From Nemertoderma westbladi (taxonomy: Eukaryota; Animalia; Xenacoelomorpha), in the NCBI GenBank assembly GCA_032718475.1, contig JAUCBJ010005896.1, positions 1 to 37,193 of the forward strand: 37,193 nt of DNA, written 5' to 3'. Within the stretch, counting starts at the first letter, position 1; each line of letters opens with the position of its first letter. This document shows, piece after piece, positions 31,500 to 37,193 of this stretch. Both the position numbers and the translations under genes were made by a program. The notes under the pieces were generated by a model, which saw nothing but the letters and a program-made list of their open reading frames with translations, was not told where the DNA came from and made no database searches.

Positions 31500-33366
31500 T
31501 TAGCTAAGTTATTTCGCTGAGGCATTGACATGGTCCCAATTTCTTGAGAGTCACTCTACGACGTTCTTTAAGAATCGTGAAGCTTCCCTCCCTGGAACAC
31601 TATCTACCGAATATAACGTAGGTGTAAAGTTCTTGCTTCACAAACACGCTGGTACTTACGGGACGTGGCTGCTTCAGACTCATCGAGATCAGAACCTTGT
31701 GTTCGCGCTTTTGAAGACCTTTGGCAGTTTAACCCGCCAAATCTATATGTCTTCTAGGTTATAAATCTACTCCAGCCTATGACAAGTATTGAACACCTAT
31801 AATAATTCTAACATTAGCCAAAGCCAGTCTGTGCGCGACCATTCACCCGCTGGATATACCCGGGAGACTGGATTTGGATGCTTTAATTTGATTGCGGTGC
31901 AGGCCTACCGTACTATTCGATTGATCGTTAATATATAATCTCTGACGAATATTATTCACTTTCGGGAAATATTAGCAGTTCCTTTAGGACGTGGCGCTCT
32001 ATCTATTTAAACAGAGCTATGACTTACACTATACACAACAGTATGTCTTATAGATCACCAAAGTGCATTCTTTAGGAAATGCTTTGTTACTCGGTCAAGC
32101 ACACACAGACTATTGCACACAACTGCACACTGAATTGCCGACATTCACTGATTTTAATCATATATAAAGAGAATAACAACCGACATTTGTAGGGCCTATT
32201 AAGTAGCATTGAACTCACTACAAACCACGATAATGTATGTCGCAAATTGTTATATGTAACCGGTCTCTCTAACCTTAGTGTATCAAGAAGATTGGGTTTT
32301 CGGATCGTTATCAATATTCTTCCCAATAATAATATGTAAACGAACGATACAATTAACAACACAGTAAATAGCAGTAAATAATGCGGCGAAAAGCAGTTTA
32401 CGTCAGGGTGCTTAATCAGATGCCGAGTTGACCAAGTTAACCGAGACCGAGATAACAGTTTGATGATCTTATAATTAAAGACGCTCTAATGTCAGAAAAC
32501 ATTCCCCGGCCGGTGTTCTAGGCGTGGGGGAAACGTCAGTACTGAATCCTGTAATTCTGCTGTACAGCTTTTACACAAAGAGGGAAACTCTGATTGGTCG
32601 AAAAGCAAAAAGCTCCACGTGGACACAGCTGATAGATGTCGTCATTTTGAGCTGAGCAGAACAAAGAACCAAGGCAAGGCTCCGGGCAAGCTACACGTGT
32701 AAAGCTCAGCCGTTAGCTGTCGTCATAGTAACGACACTGTTTCAAGAGGATCTAGGGCGTTGCGTCATAGAATTGCTAATTATGTCCTCTAAAGTACACA
32801 TACAGAAGAAATAGCTTTTATGTCCCCTAAAAACACCGGTACAGCAATGACACGGCCTTTTATGCCTGCTAAACCAACTACAGAGTACTTTACGGGGAAA
32901 ATAACCGGGCAATTCCGCAAAAGCTTTTACACCTTGAGCTTGAAGTCATACAGCGCCTCGGTCTGTGGTTGCCAGACACCTCATACCCTCAGATCTCCAC
33001 ACAGTCCGGTGTCACCAATTGCCTCATTAGGCTCACAGATAATAAGATTATAAGATAATAAGATTTGTATCTTAATGAACACTAGACCTGCTGATTTCTC
33101 ATGTGCATCGCGAACCTCATAGTGACGCCTTATCACCAAACATCATACTTTACAGTTTAGAGCCTGATCGACTGAGAGATTCGCCACACCCATCCATCAC
33201 AATGCGAAGGAAGAGCATCCAGTGTGGGAGCGTAGGCATACCTGAGGTTCGGTTGAACTGTGAATCCTCTCGATGGGCAGAACTCATAGCCATGAAGATG
33301 TTTTTCCTTCACTGAGCTCTCAATCGCCTTAACCTTCGCGGGGTCTTGAGGAAAAATGAAGTACAA
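31500..33366 (-). pseudogene. Highly decayed Ty3/gypsy-like pol fragment interrupted by solo LTR C
   Basis: DPAKVKAI and a downstream WVW resemble the gypsy RT thumb/connection, and LYDFKLK at the insertion site resembles the end of gypsy RNase H. Very degenerate. Confidence 0.3.
31700..32931 (-). mobile_element. Solo LTR (element C, 1232 bp) of the same BEL/Pao lineage
   Basis: Same termini (TGTAAAAGCTTTTGCGG...AAAGCGCGAACA). 5-bp TSD CCTTG at 31695..31699 and 32932..32936. No internal sequence. Confidence 0.95.
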
Positions 33367-34474
33367 TTATTTATACAGTTCCTCGCTCTCTTGTTCTTGA
33401 ATTGCTCGCCCCTCTGCTCGCCCCTCTGCTTGCACTATGTTTAACATTGCCTCATTGGTGTTGGTGGGTGGTATATTCTGACGTATATGAAAGGGTATAA
33501 ATTAATTTAATAATATTACAGTAACATCATTACTACATTGGCATAAGGTACGTTTTAATATTTCTAACATATTGGGCTTCCATTCTTTACTTAAAAAACA
33601 AATTCACTGTCGATACCTACTGTATAGAGGATGTCTGCTATTAATCTCACGTGTAGTACCGTCTGTGCCTTTGGGTTGAAGTGCAAATTAACAGGGGGGT
33701 TGACGGGGAGGAACTATCCCATCTTCTTTGACTGTTTCGCGGTTAAATTTCTTAAATTCCGATTTTTATATTTAATTTATATCTCATAACTAAGTTTCGT
33801 GCTGCGCAAAGCCCCCACGAATGTTATTATCATTATTACATCAAGTTAATCATATATATACTGTTAATCACTTAATACTGTATCTAGTATCGTAGGAGGG
33901 CAAGAATTTCCCCTAATTATTATCGCCCCTATTTAAGTTTGTGTCCCTAATTTACTTTTGTGTCTCCTCATTAAATATTTGTGGACCTGATTAATGTTTG
34001 TTTCCCAAATTAATATCAGTATCCCACATTAATGGGCCCCACATTGTTTGTGTCCTGGCCCCTATTAGCCTAAAACAGTTCATGAGAAGTATTTACCGGT
34101 ATATATTTACATACTGTAAGAGGATTTTAGATTAACTTAGATAATATTTAGATATAAGACTTACTTTCTCTGACTGGGCCGTATAATGTAATATCCATCA
34201 ATTCTTCTTTGTGTCAGAATTTCTTTGGCTTTATCTGCTGTCACACCTGGGTGAAACCATGGCTGGCTATGGATGTCCAGTTCACCGGTTTCCGAAGTTT
34301 GACGTGTCAGAGTTCTAGAAGTCTCCCTATATTTCGATGTAAATTCGAATGAATACGGTATTAACGAAATACTGTGATGAAAACACTCTTCAAGTATTAT
34401 AGTAAATTAAAATTGTACCAATTCTAAAATAACTGCGTCTATAGGACAGGTGTATAAAAGAATACCAGAATAAG

Positions 34475-35350
34475 GGATATATCTTTTTACAGAACACAAG
34501 CGAACACAGTAGAACACACCCGAACACACTCCAAAAACTGCCGAACACAATCGAACACAGTCGAAAATAGAAAGAGCACAAAAAAATAACACCGGGTACC
34601 AACTTTTAGATAAAATTAGCCACGCGTTGCTTTTCTATAAGAAAATTCCCGAAATTATTGAATACAATTGTCGCGAAATTAAATATTCCTTTCTTATCAG
34701 ATCAGGCCTAGCCTAAGCCGACAACTAATAATTTAACATAGTAGTATCTGCCTAAGTTAAGTGTGGTTAGCACCGGGACAGAGAACCCTACCGGTACCTG
34801 ACACTCTGTCAGGGTGGGTACCTAACCGGGACCCAGCTCTTTAAATTCCAGTGCAGCAGTAGGCAAGTAGGTACCGGTACCTATGTTGTACCGACGTGTT
34901 GTACCGTACGTCATGTACAGTACGTACGGTAATGGGCCTAACATCAACATCCTAATTCATACCCTCAGCAATCAGTCCCAGACCAAGCTATTCCGCAGTA
35001 CGCAGGCAACCAGTTCTATTACTGTCGCAGTCGCTAACCCGCTATTACTATATATGTGACAGGCACGGTTCCCGGTAGGTTTCCCTCCATAGTTTGTTAT
35101 ACAGTACAGCAGTACACAACAAATAATAGGCCTACCTGATAAGAAAGGAATATTTAATTTCGCGACAATGTTATTCAATAATTTCGGGAATTTTCTAATA
35201 GAAAAGCAACGCGGGGCTAATTTTATCTAAAAGTTGGTACCCGGTGTTATTTTTTGTGCTCTTTCTATTTTCGACTGTGTTCGATTGTGTTCGGCAGTTT
35301 TTGGAGTGTGTTCTTGTGTGTTCGCTTGTGTTCTGTAAAAAGAACTATCC
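34475..35350. mobile_element. Foldback MITE 1 (876 bp), ~220-bp TIRs, 9-bp TSD; Mutator-like (Merlin not excluded)
   Basis: TIRs 34475..34700 and 35136..35350 starting GGATA. TSD CAGAATAAG at 34466..34474 and 35351..35359. Subterminal GAACAC repeats. Confidence 0.92.
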
Positions 35351-35835
35351 CAGAATAAGAATTTAATCATAGTGAAGTATGACTAATAAGAAGGTTTTAT
35401 TTATTTGTGTGGAATTAATTTTGCACTACCAAATTGAGAAGGGCGGAATATTTCAAACTTTATATCACAGTGCGACATTATTTTGTCCCCTACTCATTTA
35501 CCTACTGTATACACAAGTCGTTTGCGATGTAGATCAAGTATATTAAGCTCTTCATTCTAAATATAATCACATGTCGTTATTCAAATACAAACTTATATCG
35601 TTTTAAATTATTTTCACAAGTACATTAAACTATCACCAATTTTATTAAAATTATAAATAATAATGAATCATTAATTTATTATTATTAATTAGTTAGGATA
35701 CTTTAAATGTTTATTAAATTTAAAGAACAAGAGAATGAATAAACAACGTTAGACACAGGAATACCCGGGACAGGATATTTCAGTTATGGGACAGTGCTTC
35801 TTATAATAATTATTATATATTTAAATACGAAATCC

Positions 35836-36683
35836 GGATAGTTGGAAATTAAGCACACAATCAAACACAACCAAACACACCCAAACACAATCAAACACAG
35901 TCCAAATGTTAACCAATTTTGTCAAACACAGTCCAAATCGGAAAGCCAAGGTAATTCTACGTCAGTTTGTATAAAAATTATTTTCAAAATGTCCGCACAA
36001 TGCCACTATTATTGCCAATTTGTATCTCAACGCACAGCTGGACTGGTTGCTAGGCACTAGTGAGTGACGTTGGCCTTATATCCCTTGCACACTGTACTGT
36101 ACAGCCTACTCGGTAGGGGTAGGCACTAGGCAGGTAGGCATATTGCAGTATTGCGATCACATACCGGCAGACCGGTGCCGGTGATGTAGTGAGGTACCGT
36201 ACCAATAGTTAGTTCTTTAAATCATTGTATTTTATTCCGCTATTTGTTATGGTACCCGTAATCCTGTAGGCCTAATCTATTCTGTCTGTCTGTAGGGCTA
36301 GCTGGCTAGGCAGCTAGGGCTACTGCAGTACTGCAAATTTCGATTACCGCAAATTACCGGTCAGCCGGTATGTGATAGCAATACTGAAATATGCCTTGCC
36401 TACCTCTACCAGAGGCTGTACTGTACATCAGTGTACAGGGGATATCAGGCCAACGTCACTAGTGCCTAGCAACCAGTCCAGCTGTGCGTTGAGATACAAA
36501 TTGGCAATAATAGTGGCATTGTGCGGACATTTTGAAAATAATTTTTATACAAACTGACGTAGAATTACCTTGGCTTTACGATTTGGACTGTGTTTGACAA
36601 AATTGGTTAACATTTGGACTGTGTTTGACTGTGTTTGGGTGTGTTTGGTTGTGTTTGATTGTGTGCTTAATTTCCAACTATCC
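35836..36683. mobile_element. Foldback MITE 2 (848 bp), ~330-bp TIRs, 9-bp TSD; Mutator-like (Merlin not excluded)
   Basis: TIRs start GGATAGTTGG. TSD ACGAAATCC at 35827..35835 and 36684..36692. Subterminal AAACAC repeats. Confidence 0.93.
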
Positions 36684-37193
36684 ACGAAATCCTAAATATT
36701 TTTTATTACCAGGAATTACTGTACTTTACATTATGGTGTCGCAAAAATCAACCTTTCCAAATTTTTACATATTTTAATAACAACTCGCTGTTAATACTAA
36801 TAGCTTTGAGTAATGCTACAATTTTGGAATAAAATTCTACAGTTCAATTTATATTTTTAACACTATATCACTCTACCTTTTATTAAAGAATTGAGCAACA
36901 AAAAAGTTCAAATTTAAGAAATAAAATTACGTATTACAAACAAATTTTTTTCAAAATAGTTATTTTTTATTTTTCTCAGAATACTATGCCTTGAGAATAG
37001 TGAAAAAACTTATATTTTTTCCCATTTAATAAATAATTATTAAAAACAATTCATTAGTAAATATTTTCAAAATAATTATTTTATACTGCAAAATTAAAAG
37101 CATAGCTGTTCAATTAATGGAAAGGGATCCAACTACACTACGTTTGTCTATGGCCTATGGGCGGTCTTCTTATAGCCAGCTTGCTGGTTTTTC

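Overview
This is AT-rich eukaryotic DNA, probably from an invertebrate animal, dominated by one lineage of BEL/Pao LTR retrotransposons. Element A (minus strand, 1..10023) has a single long gag-pol frame that runs off the window. Element B (plus strand, 10299..23029) is complete but pol-deleted, with ~99% identical LTRs and an ACCAA target-site duplication (TSD); it lies head-to-head with A. A related solo LTR C (31700..32931) has a CCTTG TSD. The rest holds an intronless type II membrane fibrinogen-domain gene (25299..26570), two foldback MITEs with 9-bp TSDs, a tRNA-derived SINE head and small palindromes. The main finding is that neither A nor B has a tRNA primer-binding site. The 11-12 nt directly after the 5' LTR are perfectly complementary to a site at the same position inside each element's own LTR, and the two sites have changed together between A and B. 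This is the geometry of Tf1-type self-primed reverse transcription, which I do not know to be described for BEL/Pao elements. Element B's 3' region also carries a duplicated, covarying pseudoknot-like RNA and a large nested structure in front of a decayed non-env ORF3. All alignments and folds were done by eye, and no database searches were run.
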